From the NCBI GenBank assembly GCA_963845185.1, contig CAWJRG010000005.1, forward strand, positions 608,001-672,000: a stretch of DNA of 64,000 nucleotides. Reading direction: 5' to 3'. The notes under the pieces were generated by a model that was given only the letters and a program-made list of their open reading frames with translations, was not told the origin of the DNA and did no database searches. The stretch is from an uncultured bacterium (lineage in GTDB: Bacteria; Oederibacteriota; PGYV01; CAWJRG01). The position numbers were made by a program, and so were the translations under genes. Shown here piece by piece: positions 43,401 to 53,469 of the stretch; the first letter of the stretch is position 1; every line of letters begins with the position of its first letter.

Positions 43401-43469
43401 TGTTCCCCTGAAGTATTGAATGCTCTTGGAAAAAAATACGCATTTTGTTTTAATCTTTGATTTTCTCAA
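37407..43469 (-). CDS. Giant secreted protein: two Kelch-like propellers, YCF48/BNR-like propeller, two beta-sandwich modules, Thr-rich stalk, FlgD-Ig/T9SS-like CTD
   Basis: Uninterrupted 2020-aa ORF with MWVIGG/DVWSSSDG blades, GWAVGxxGxIxxTxNGGxxW repeats and a CTD ending KVYIVK. Start codon uncertain. Confidence 0.9.
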   Translation of the reverse strand: MRKSKIKTKCVFFSKSIQYFRGTFLKKISLLILASIFIPSILFSAPSATPTFTVTQTNTPQPTALPGAGVNWFQATSGALFSGRYDFANVTYNNFMWVIGGITKTQLVNDVYYSSDGINWTQATVAAGFSARRSMGYCVFNNKMWVAAGNNGAEMNDVWSSSDGITWTQVTGTAQFSVREDPAMIAFNNSMWIIGGLSNTVDMNDVWNSTDGITWTQVTGTAAFTARDSMSSCVFDPGSGPKMWIFGGAISSNSTINNSWWSTDGLTSTQATGTAFTTRYGAKALVYGGKVWLIAGSPNGASTLNDVWSSSDGANWTNVGNASFTTRCYPGGYNYNNQLWIAGGIKNNTYNNDVWYSPQLPTPTNTPTNTGTNTKTFTPSRTATNSPTFTVTTTGTQTITPSITPTYSVTQTNTPQSTPTALSGAGVTWYQATPTGIFAARYDFGFIVHNSQLWVIGGGLQSSYGNDVHYSNDGANWLTATTAAAFSGRGYSGCLDYNGFMWIIAGYNTASQDMNDVWYSSDGANWAKATGAANFAAREGSLCMVYNGKMWIMGGYNTPGNKYFNDVFWSTDGITWVTATAAANWTKRDGLAGCVFDPGGGAKMWVFGGEDASNTYSDNWWSTDGVTWTQATGTSYTKREGHRAITYAGKVWVIAGYDWNPSNVYYNDVWSSPDGANWTKVGNANFSTRGWPGVIVFNNQMWADGGIASDGTTRLNDLWYSPQLPTPTNTPSNTGTNTQTFTPSPTYTCTKSPTITTTSTISPVVSATISYTITPTQTMTACTLAWQALSPPSSVDLFSVFFVSANEGWMGDTYGDIYHTTNAGLSWTQQIMLGSCAFTIYFINNMTGWVACSNGNIYYTTNGGVTWNTQTTGVSNSVNIMGIYFTDPNNGWAVGGNGTIINTTNGGASWAPQTSNTTNGLNRIYMLDINNGWAVGMGHTILSTNNGGAIWNNIANPMVSDIYGIHAFSLNNALVCGLGGQIAQWNGSAWSIIATFSGQSLESMSFADSLNGFCSGINGTIVATNNGGTSWNQQASGTTNELLGISAYSTLAWACGRGPTALIFTCAGTVPSATISNTITITPTATLTSIITLTVTGTPTFTSTVCNSYLGLNAIGSSGGNSANTLMATKFLMSDGGTGIQVAAYNKGTASNIMIGIYSDNLGTPGNLIIATAKQAIGANSWGIYPISMTNLPQGTYWLAYLADSGSQIATNNSGSDLAYVNMNFGSTGSMPATFPNSPTTNTGEYSVYVLYCPSGLPTPTPPCTYAHFGDDSIGPSGGNSSNTLMATQFTLAQDGRGYTMSINNLGSGSSGVILGIYADNAGVPGALLASTGKQTCGPGWNTYNIPVTCLPAGTYWLAYLGDNGVQFASANSGENIAFKNTNYSSVNDIPDPFPSASSNSGEYEIYVGYCPGSCAFATTTSTPTSTYTQTLTYTSTPTMTPTNTQTGTPSATQTGTPTNIPTGTPTKTSTWTPTLTYTLTLTSTYTLTSTPTWTLTNTRTGTPTNTSTWTPTLTYTLTLTSTYTLTSTPTWTPTNTPTSTMTNTSSRTPTNTPTWTPTNTSTWTLTYTNTLTLSSTYTLTATSTWTPTNTPTGTPTNTKTWTPTNTGTSTMTSTFSSTPTSSPTPSITQTFTQIVFTWTITPTFTLTPTNTATSTNTPTWTPTNTPTWTPTNTLTWTPTNTLTWTTTNTPTWTPTNTATWTPTNTPTWTDTKTNTMTNTPTNTPTWTGTNTDTATNTPTWTGTNTDTATNTPTWTGTYTDTMTNTPTWTGTNTNSPTNTPTWTGTNTDTPTNTPTWTGTCTVTASGTPTSSYTNTPTFTASSTITETNTLTCTGTSTNTETPSNTVTSSFTNTPTFTISSTGTATDTETPTVTYSVTGTETATFTATNTQTNTLTITETGTISPTPSITPTYTVSPIPTNTPEPNSNMTLSKNYLNPNKGETLLINVKAAANVNVKVKVYNLTGEIIRRNMDFTTTADGWNQVEWDIKNDDGKIVGQGLYFVYIEAGTDKKLLKVYIVK
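38077..38508. repeat. Intragenic tandem repeats: 6 x 42 bp and 7 x 24 bp
   Basis: GTCCA anchor recurs at 38077, 38119, 38161, 38203, 38245, 38287 and at 38341 to 38485 in 24-bp steps. Confidence 0.85.
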
Positions 43470-43537
43470 ACCCTTTTCCCACCTTTTTTGCGTTAATAAA
43501 ACGCGTACTTTATAATGTAAGTGAAGATACCTATTAA

Positions 43538-43566
43538 ATTATACACTCTACCTAAATAATAGTCAA
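43538..43566 (-). promoter_or_regulatory. Sigma70-type promoter
   Basis: TTGACT-N17-TATAAT upstream of 43469. Confidence 0.6.
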
Positions 43567-43758
43567 GATAAATTACAAAATACATAACAATATTAATTCT
43601 TTATTTATAAGGGTAAAATAGAATTTGAAGGATGAAATTTTGGTGGATTCAGAGTCAATTAAACTGTTTTAGGGTTCGTCTTTGGCTAAATACGATTGAA
43701 AGTGTCAGTGGAGTGCTTTGCAATCTATAGAGAGCTGTAATATTTTTTTTAGGATAAT

Positions 43759-43792
43759 AAAAAAGGACGGATATAAAAATCCGCCCTTTTTT
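43759..43792 (-). terminator. Intrinsic terminator
   Basis: GGGCGGAT-N6-ATCCGTCC followed by T6, just after the 43809 stop. Confidence 0.75.
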
Positions 43793-43808
43793 ATTATTAT
43801 TTAATCTT

Positions 43809-46800
43809 TTACTTTATTACAGCGATTTTTTTCCTCACTATCCTGTCATTTGCCTGGATTACAAGAAAATATATTCCATTTGACACTTCTATTCCCTCAT
43901 CATTCTGTAGATCCCATTTGACATAATTAACGCCGCTGTAAACTAATGCTGAATTTAAACTCCTGCTCCACACCATACGGTCGTTTATATCATATATCCT
44001 GATACTTACATCCACAGGCTCATATAAGGAGAATCTTATGGTTGTCGGGCCGCTGCATGGATTTGGAAAATTATAGGTGTTGCTTTCGGACATCTCTTCA
44101 GGCAATGGCGTCTCCTGCTTTGAAATTTCAGCCATAGTCATGCTGCCTCCGGATGTGCCTGTTGGAGTCGTGGTAGGCGTGTATTTTGGAGTATTTGTAC
44201 GTGTAGGTGTTGGTGTCCATGTCCTTGTCCAATTTAGCGTCGGAGTATTTGTACGAGTTATTGGTGTTGCTGTTCTTGTCCAGTTCGGTGTGGGCGTATT
44301 TGTTAGCGTTATTATCGATGTCCTTGTCCTTGTCAGTGTTACGGTCGCCGAGCGCGTTATTCCCGGTGTTGCCGTCCTTGTCCGGTTAGGCGTTGGCGTA
44401 TTTGTTAGTGTTATCACAGTCGTCCTTGTCCTTGTTAATGTAACAGTCGCCGAGCGTGTTATTCCTGGTGTTGCCGTCCTTGTCCAGTCAGGTGTAGGTG
44501 TATTTGTCTTCGTTATTGTTATCGTCCATGACGGTGTCGGTGTAATGGTCTGCGTAGTTGTGCGCGATATTGTTGGTGTGCTTGTCGGCGTCCATGTTGG
44601 TGATGTAGTTGACGTATTTGTCGGAGATGGCGTTGGCGATGTAGTCGGTGTACCAGTAGGAGATGCTGTCGGTGTATTTGTTAATGTCCATGTAGATGTA
44701 TTTGTAATTGATATTGTATTTGTTGGAGTCGCTGTCAGTGTCCAGGTAGGCGTACCCGTCATTGTTACCGAATATGTGTATGTATATGTCGGCGATGGCG
44801 ATGATGTACTTGTGCAAGCGCAGGTATTTGTAGGCGTTGATGTCAATGTCCATGTTGGTGATGGAGTCGGCGTGCCCGTAGGAGATGCTGTCGGTGTATT
44901 TGTTAATGTCCATGTAGAAGTATTTGTAATCGATATCGTATAGGTTTGAGTCGCTGTCGGCGTCCATGTAGATGTTATAGTTGGTGTATTTGTTAGTGTA
45001 CTCGTCGAAGTGTCGGTCACACTCCAGGTTGATGTTGCTGTGTATGTGGAAGTTGTGGTTAACGTTGCTGTATACGTCAACGTTAATGTGCTTGTGAATG
45101 TTGGAGAATTCGTCACTGTATCTGTCGGTGTTGATGTCAACGTCCATGTCAATGTCACTGTATACGTCGGCGTTTCGCTGTTTGTCTCTGTATCAGTTAG
45201 TGTATTGGTCGTTGTAACTGTATATGTCGGCGTCTCTGAGTTTGTCTCCGTATAAGTTGGCGTATATGTCGGTGTCTCTGTGTATGTAGGCGTTTCACTT
45301 GTTGTCAGTGTTCCTGTCGGTGTCGCTGTATATGTCGGTGTTATCGTAGAAGTCATAGTGCAAGTCGGAAGCATTGAACTGCTTATTGTAAACATAAAAG
45401 CATCGTATCCACCTTGCCCAAACGAATTTGTCTGGCCAGTCACGACAAAATTATTGTTGGCTGTCTTTATAATAGAATACGCTATTTCGTTGTTATTTCC
45501 TCCTGTTTTTTCACTCCATATTATCCCAGTGCTGTTAAGATAAACTACATAAATATCCTGCTGTTTCGAGTCAAACAGGTTCTCATATCCGGTAACCATG
45601 TATGTTCCCGGAGTATTTTCCACAATAGAATAACCCACGCTTTCGCCAGTCCCGCTGATTACCTGTTGCCATTGCTCATTGCCCTGGCTGTCGATTTTCA
45701 CCACAAACATATTTTTATATCCGGTACTTGTCAATTGTGTATATCCAGTTATTATATAACCGTTATCTGATGTTGCGGCTATCGAATATCCTTCATCGTT
45801 ATATATACCGCCGTATTCTTTTGTCCATTGTATGCTGCCTGTAGAATTTAATTTTACAACATATATATCGTTGCCTCCGCTGCCGAATGAATTGGTAGTG
45901 CCTGCAACTGCGAATCCTCCGTCACTTGATTGTGCAATAGAATATCCAATGTCATCGCCTGTACCGCCGCTGGTCCTGTCCCAAACAAAATTGCCGTTGC
46001 TGTCCACTTTCATTACATACAGGTCCTTGCCTCCTGCGCCATAGGATGTCGTGTATCCAGCCATGACAATTCCGTTATCTGAAGTTTTTAATGCACTCAT
46101 GGCGACATCATCCCCTGCGCCTCCATAAGTCTTTGTCCACACACAATCTCCCAAGCTGTCTGTTTTTATTAAATATATATCCTTGCCTCCTGCGCCAAAT
46201 GAACTTGTATAACCAGAGACCAGTAACCCGTTATCGCTCGTTTTAACAACCGCATGTCCTTCATCGTTTCCTGTTCCGCCAAAATTCTTCTGCCATTGAA
46301 CCGTATTATCATCCCCGATTTTCGCGAGATACACATCTTCTCCGCCATTAGTATTGCTTGTGGTTCCGCCCGTAATAACGAAGCTGCCGGTTTCTGTAAT
46401 AGAATATGCGCTTTCATCTCCGCTCCCGCCGCTTGTGACCATGCCCGAAGTATCTGTGGCCGTGAATGTAGGCGTTACGGTTGATGTAAGAGTATTTGTC
46501 GGCGTCCATGTAGACGATGTAGTCGGGGTATTTGTTGCTGTCCACGTCGGTGTTGCTGTAAATGTCGGCGTTACAGTAAGCGTACCAGACGGCGTGATTG
46601 TCTGTGTTAATTTAACCGCACAATTGTCATTATATCTCAATACAGTTCCACTATAATTGCCAAACAGGATCCTGCTCTGGCTATCTATCATCGCAGTCAT
46701 TCCGCCATCATTATTCTCAGCAATAATAAAGCCATCATTAAAAGTGGTGTCTACGGTCCCGTCATTATTATATCTCCACAAAACGCTGTGATTGCTTCCA

Positions 46801-49800
46801 TTCGTCACATAGCTCTGTCCACCCACAAGTATTTTTCCCGAATTATCAATAATTAAATTATTTGCTGAATCATATGCATTTGCCCCTGCCGTATTGTCAC
46901 GGATTACATATCCTGTTCCATTTAAACTATAATCCCGGCTTCCATCTGAATTATATCTCCAAACAGCCATTTCTTCCTGGCCTGAAGAATTATTACTCGA
47001 TCCGGCAACAACAATTTTTCCATTTTGGTCAATCGTAATACTATCGCCTTCGTCATCATTTCCACCAGCAGTCCCGGCGCAAACAATATATCCGGTTCCG
47101 CCAAAACTTGTATCAGCGCTGCCATTGGAATTATATCTCCATATCATCATATTATTGCCACCACTACTATTCGTAATATTGCCGGTTGTCAGCATTCTCT
47201 GATTCCCATCAATGACAATACTCCTGCCTTGAGCAATGTAATTCCCTATATGCTGCCCCACATATCCAGTACCGTTAAAACTCGTATCTAGAGTTCCATC
47301 CGTATTAAGCCTCCATATCGTCATGTTATACGCATTGTCATTTCCGGTTATTAATATCTTCCCGCTGCTATCAAAAATCATTCCCATACCAAAGCAGTCT
47401 GTAGTGGGCTTTGTGTAAACTTCATATCCAGTGCCATTGAATGTTGTATCAAGGGTACCGTCATTATTATACCTCCAGACAGCCATCCCCCAGGGACTTC
47501 CTAAAATATTAAATCCTGCAACCCATATTTTTCCGTTCGAGTCGACAGCAACGCTCCATCCACTGGCAAAAATTGCCCCAGGTACATAATACGTTGCATA
47601 ACCAGTACCGTTAAAACCCGTATCTATCGAACCATCCGTATTAAATCTCCATAATGCCATATAATAATTTGATCCTTGTACAACCATTTCTCCGGTTAGC
47701 AGTATTTTTCCTGATTTGTCTACAGTCATACCCCGGGGTTCTGAAGTATTCGGGATAACAAAAACCGTTTGCCCATTTACTCCAAACGTAGTATCAAGGG
47801 CTATGCATTGCGTTTGTGTGTTAGTGTATGTCGGCGTTGCAGTCTGCGTTATAGTCGAAGTCGGAATTGTCGGCGTCAATGTTGGCGTTACGGTTGATGT
47901 AAGAGTATTTATCGGTGTTGCTGTACTGGATACTGTGCTTGTCGCAGTGAGTGAAGTGGTTGGAGTTGCCTTGTATGTCGGTGTATTTTGTGCATTGACA
48001 ATTTCACAATTGTCTATATATCTCCAAAGTGCCATATCATTGGAAGTGGTTCCCGTAATTAATATTTTCCCATTTCTATCTGTTGTTATGCCATAACCTG
48101 TGTTGTCACCATTCCATATATACCCCATTCCAGAATTAAAATTCAGATCAAGCGTCCCGTTTTGATTAATTCTCCACAAAGCCATCGCATTGATACTGCA
48201 TCCTAAAATACTTCCTGTAACATATATTTTTCCATTATTATCCAATAAAATGCCATACCCTCTTTCCTGACAGGTTTCTCCGGTCTTTTCGAATACAAAG
48301 TATCCTATCCCATTAAAATTTGTATCCAGTGTTCCATCTGGATTATACCGCCAAACAACCATATCGTAATTTGGAGGATTGAATGGCGGACTCGAATTAC
48401 TATCGCTACACCCAGTGATATAAATTTTTCCATTATTGTCGATTATTACTGCCTCGCCAAAATCGTGCCTGAAACCGCCAGCCGCGCCATCATGAGTTAC
48501 CCAACCTTGTCCGTTAAAAGTTGTATCCAGCGAACCGTCGGGGTTATACCGCCAGATTGCCATATCATAATTTGTCGAAATTTTACAACTATAACCGGAA
48601 ACAACTATCTTGTTGTTATTATCTATAGTTACGTTAGTGCCTATAGAACTTGCAGCACCACTATATGTTACCCAACCTTGTCCGTTAAAAGTTGTATCTA
48701 GCGAACCATCGGGGTTATACCGCCATACTGCCATAGTAATATTACTATTGTTTGCATGCTGTCCAGCTATTACTATTTTGTTATTTGAGTCTATTGCAAT
48801 TCCCGCTCCATTATCATACCCATACCCGCTGGTAGGTGCGAAAGTTGCTGAACCGGTTCCGTTAAAACTAATATCCGGTGTTCCATCGGGATTATATCTT
48901 GCCACAATCATGTTCGAATTTGTTGTAACCCCTGTAGTTAATATCTTTCCATTTCCGTCAATTTTAATTGCGTTAAACCTCACAACTCCCCCATTCGAAA
49001 CATACCCTCCGTTAAAAGTATTATCTATCATCCCATTATCAAGAATATCTCATTAATACTCCGGTTGAATTCCCGTACTGATCGTATCCACCATAACCGG
49101 CAATGATTATTTTCCCTTGATTGTCAACAGCCAATGCGTAACTAGCATCCGGATAATTGTTATTTCCGCTGAAGTTATATGTTGCAAGGCCACATCCATT
49201 GAAAGACGTATCAAGTGATATGCAAGCCGTGACTGATACAACAGGGGTAGATGTGAACGAAGCCATAAAAATCAAAGTAGGTGTTCCTGTATTCGTACAT
49301 GTCTGCGATGTTGTACCAGTCAGTATACTAGTTGGCGTCCACGTAGGCGTCGGCGTTTCGCTTGTTGTCAATGTATCTGTTGAACTTTCCGTTGGTGTCA
49401 ATGTTAGGGTGTCTGTTGGTGAATCAGTTGCAGTAGTTGTCGGCGAGTCGGTTGGCGTGTCTGTAGATGTTTCAGTTGCTGACGGTGAGTCGGTCGGCGT
49501 ATCTGTAGGCGTTCCGGTTAATGTCGGTGTGCCTGTGAACGTTTGCGTTACTGATATCACAACTGCCATTGTAGAAGTTACCGTCGGCGAGAGCAACGTC
49601 TCCGGTGGCGAAAACCAAACGTCGTTATATTCTGTATCATCGTCGAAACCGCCTATTACCCACATGCTGTTGTTATAAACAAGGCTTGTATGGCCCATCC
49701 TAGCTGGAAATTCCGCGGATGCGGTTTCCTGCTGCCATACAGCACCGTCAATCGACGACCATACATCATTAAAAAATTCGTTATAAGTATATCCTGCTAT

Positions 49801-52800
49801 CATCCACATCTTACCGTCAAACGTTAAAAGTGTATTCGCAAATCTTGTATTATAATGCGGGTTACAACTACCGGCACATGTCCAGTGTAACCCGTCTGTC
49901 GACCACCCGGCAAATTTAGTACCAACATATCCATTCATAGTTCCATTTGCGACCCACATTTCATCATTAAATACAGTACATGAAACATCCATTATAGGGC
50001 CAGTCGGCGCTGATGAATCAATTTCTATCCAATTTGTTCCGTCAAAGGACCAAACATCTTCCAAATCACCTGTCGGTCCATGTCCGCATATGACCCATAT
50101 TTTGTTGTCATAAACAAGGCTCGCTTGTGAATCCCTTGCTGAAAAATTGTCAGGCGGCGATTGTTGCTGCGTCCAGTTATAACCGTCCGGAGACGACCAT
50201 ATTTCTTTATTGTCGTTGTGGGAAGCATCTTCACCTCCTATGACCCAAATTTTTCCATTAAATACTACAGCAGTATGATATGCTCTGGCGGAAAATGCGG
50301 CAGATGCCGTTTCCTGCGTCCAGTTCATACCATCAACAGATGAATAAGTGTCGTTTAGTACCTCTGTACCGTCAAATCCTCCAATTACCCACATCGCCCC
50401 GTTAAACACCACGCCCGCATGCCCTTCCCTGCCTGAAAAAGCAGCGCTATTCGTAGCTTCCTGCCAATGTATGCCTGTCCCTGCAGGTAGTGACGTGCAT
50501 GTAATCGTAGGTGTTACTGTAATTGTAATTGTCGGTGTTTCGGTTGTTGTCATTGAGTAAGTAAACGTTCCGGTTATTGTCGGTGAATCTGTCAGTGTTG
50601 CCGTATATGTCGGCGTAGGGGTAAACGCTCCAATAACAATATCGTTCAGGTACCAGCCCCTGTAATCATTGTCCACATCATCAACAGTATCAAATACAAA
50701 TTCGAAATTTACCGTATCGCCCGCATACGCCGACATGTCAATTATTATATTTTCCCAGGCATCCTCAGTACCGCCCAGTTCCATTATCTGTGACCAGCTA
50801 TTGCCATTTATAGATATATAAAGTTTTCTGGTGTCATAATCAAAAGGCGGCTGTACACCCGACCCGTTTTCAGTCTCTGCCCAGCTCCAGAACGAAAGCT
50901 GCTGCCCCGGGCTGATATAGAAAGACTGAGTAATGAGTGCTCCGCTGTTTGCCATATCTCCGGTATCATAATTTAGCGTGGCGTCCTGGCCGTAATACCA
51001 CGTATTCGGGTAAATAGCTGTATACCCTGACGGTTCCTGACTATCCGGAACCTGATGCCATAATCCCGTAGCTGTTTCAGTATTCGGCGTAATTGTGGAT
51101 GTTAAGGTACATGTGGACGTTATGGTACATGTAGGCGTTACGGTATATGTAGGCGTTATAGTATATGGCGGTGTCATTGTCGCCGTCGGCATTATCCCGA
51201 CAACAATATCATCCAGATACCAGCCTTGATAATCATTGTCTAAACCATCAACCGTATCGAATACGAATTTGAAGTTTACTGTATCGCCTGCATACGCCGA
51301 CAGGTCCATATTTATGTTTTCCCATGCATCCTCAATCCCGCCCAGTTCCATTATCTGTGTCCAGGTGTTGCCGTTGTCTGTTGATATATAAAGTTTCCTG
51401 GTGTCATAATCAAAAGGTGGCTGTACTCCTGATCCGTTTTCCGTCTGTGCCCAGCTCCAGAATGAAAGCTGCTGCCCCGGCTGGATATAAAAAGCCTGAG
51501 TAACGAGCGCTCCGCTGTTTGCCGTATCGCCGGTATCATAATTAAGCGTTGCGTCCTGGCCGTAATACCACGCGTCCGGATCGGTAGCTGTATATCCTGA
51601 CGGTGCCTGGTTGTCCGGAACCTGGTGCCATAACCCCGTCGCTGTTGCAGTATTCGGTGTGGTTGTGGGTGTTGCGGTGATTGAACTTGTTACGGTGCGT
51701 GTTGGTGTTATGGTATATGTAGTTGTAATCGTCGATGTATTTGTCAAAGTTGAAGTATTCGTCATTGTCGCCGATATGGTCGATACTACCATACTATATA
51801 TATGCAAAGCCCCGTCGTTGCCGTTAACCACCATAAAGTTGTCAACCGATATAGGCCCGGTTATATTTGCCCCTATATTTATTGTGCCGGCAAGCGACTT
51901 TGTTGTCCTGTCAAATATGTTTATACCGCCGTTTGCTATGGGGACTATTACGCTTGAACCTGTCAATATTGCGCCGCCGTACGAAACCTGCGGTATGCTC
52001 ACAGGCGATGCTATCGGCATCAACTGTGCGTTTATCAGGTTTATTTTGCCTGTTGTAGCGCCAAAATCCTGCGACGTAATTCTCATCACATTGGCAGTGG
52101 AATTATACGCGGGAGGCGCGAAAACCTCGCCCGGCAGCGTAGTGCTTCCGGTTTGTGTGCCGTTTGTATTATTGTTCCATATGTTCCCGCTGAGCCCCGA
52201 TACCACAAAAGAAGACGTGCCGGTAAAAACCGGGTTTGTGGATATTGGCGATGAGAGCAGTTGTGAATTTACCGTGGTGCAGGCTGTATTGATTATGTAC
52301 TCATATCCTGTTGACGACACAAACACTATATTGTCGCCGAGCGCGGGCGAGTTTGAAATATAGTCGTTTAAGCTCATGCTTACGATGTTGCTTATTGCGC
52401 CGCTTGAGTTTAGTTGTATTGAAAAAACGCTGCCGTTATTATCGGAAAAAACGACCGAGTTAACCGAACCATTTGTTATGTATAAAGGCGAGGCAGACAC
52501 TCCCCCAGAAGCCTGCTGTTTCCACGCAAGGGATAAATCCGCCGCGTTTAAGGCGTACATGTATCCGTCAAGCGAGCCGAAGTATACAAAATTGTTGTAT
52601 ATTAAGGGCGTGCAGACTATTGGCCCGCCCGTCTGATAAATATTGGAAACGCTTGCGCCGTTGCTTCCAATGGTTACTTCGACTATCTTTCCATCGCCTG
52701 TTCCGGCATATATTGTGTTGCCTGACTTTATTGGCTGGGACAGGTTCACGCCCGGCGTGGCTATGGGAACAACGGCAAAAGGCAAAGGCACACTTAGCGC

Positions 52801-52926
52801 CGACGCGCCTGTATAATAGCCGCTCCTCCCCTGGTCTCCCCTGTAGGTTGTCCAGTCAGCTCTGAGCGCCGCAGGCAGAAGCAATATCCCGCATGCCAAA
52901 ACCTTTAATAATGTCGCTTTTTTCAT
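43809..52926 (-). CDS. Giant secreted protein: PQQ-like propeller, two MAM/immune-inhibitor-A-like domains, Kelch, two delta-60 repeat propellers, GGxGxD propeller, Thr-rich stalk, T9SS-like CTD, one frameshift (~3038 aa repaired)
   Basis: ORFs 49039..52926 and 43809..49031 join as MRYLDNGMIDNTF on removing one base at 49044-49045. RYNPDGSLDTTFNG repeats. CTD YNFPNP...WD...NGIYFL...KKIAVIK. Confidence 0.85.
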
Positions 52927-52959
52927 TTTATGCTCTTTTTAATATATTGAATTCTTTAT

Positions 52960-53457
52960 TCAATATTTTTTTGTCTTTTCCAAAAAAATATTTATGGATA
53001 TATTTATAATAAAAATAATAATAATCAGTGATTCTAGTATTCGAAGTAGCTTAAATGGTATTAAATTAACACCGTTTAACAACAAAATTAAAAAATAACT
53101 TTGTCCAATAATATAATTAACAATAAGAAATTTTTGAGATTTTATAGAAAACAATATATAAATAAAACCGACAATTAAAAAAATAATAAAAGGCATAAAT
53201 TCCATCTTAAAAATTATATGGCAACTGTCGCAATACATGCCCAATGCTCCCACAACCCCGGCTTGCAAAGCAGCTATACCAAATAATAGGTTTGGTATAT
53301 ATAAATCTGTATTTTTAAAACGTTTATGTATAACATAAATTCCAATCAATACTATCAAAAAGTACCCTATTTGATATAATATATCTAGATTATAATATTT
53401 ACTTTGTTTTCCTATTACTTCTATTTGCGTTTCAAGGAACTGATTTAAAAAATTCAT
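52960..53457 (-). CDS. Putative immunity membrane protein for the orphan Rhs-CT
   Basis: Very AT-rich, about 5 hydrophobic segments, AGGAG RBS, starts 12 nt after the orphan stop. Confidence 0.65.
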   Translation of the reverse strand: MNFLNQFLETQIEVIGKQSKYYNLDILYQIGYFLIVLIGIYVIHKRFKNTDLYIPNLLFGIAALQAGVVGALGMYCDSCHIIFKMEFMPFIIFLIVGFIYILFSIKSQKFLIVNYIIGQSYFLILLLNGVNLIPFKLLRILESLIIIIFIINISINIFLEKTKKY

Positions 53458-53469
53458 TATTTTCTCCTT

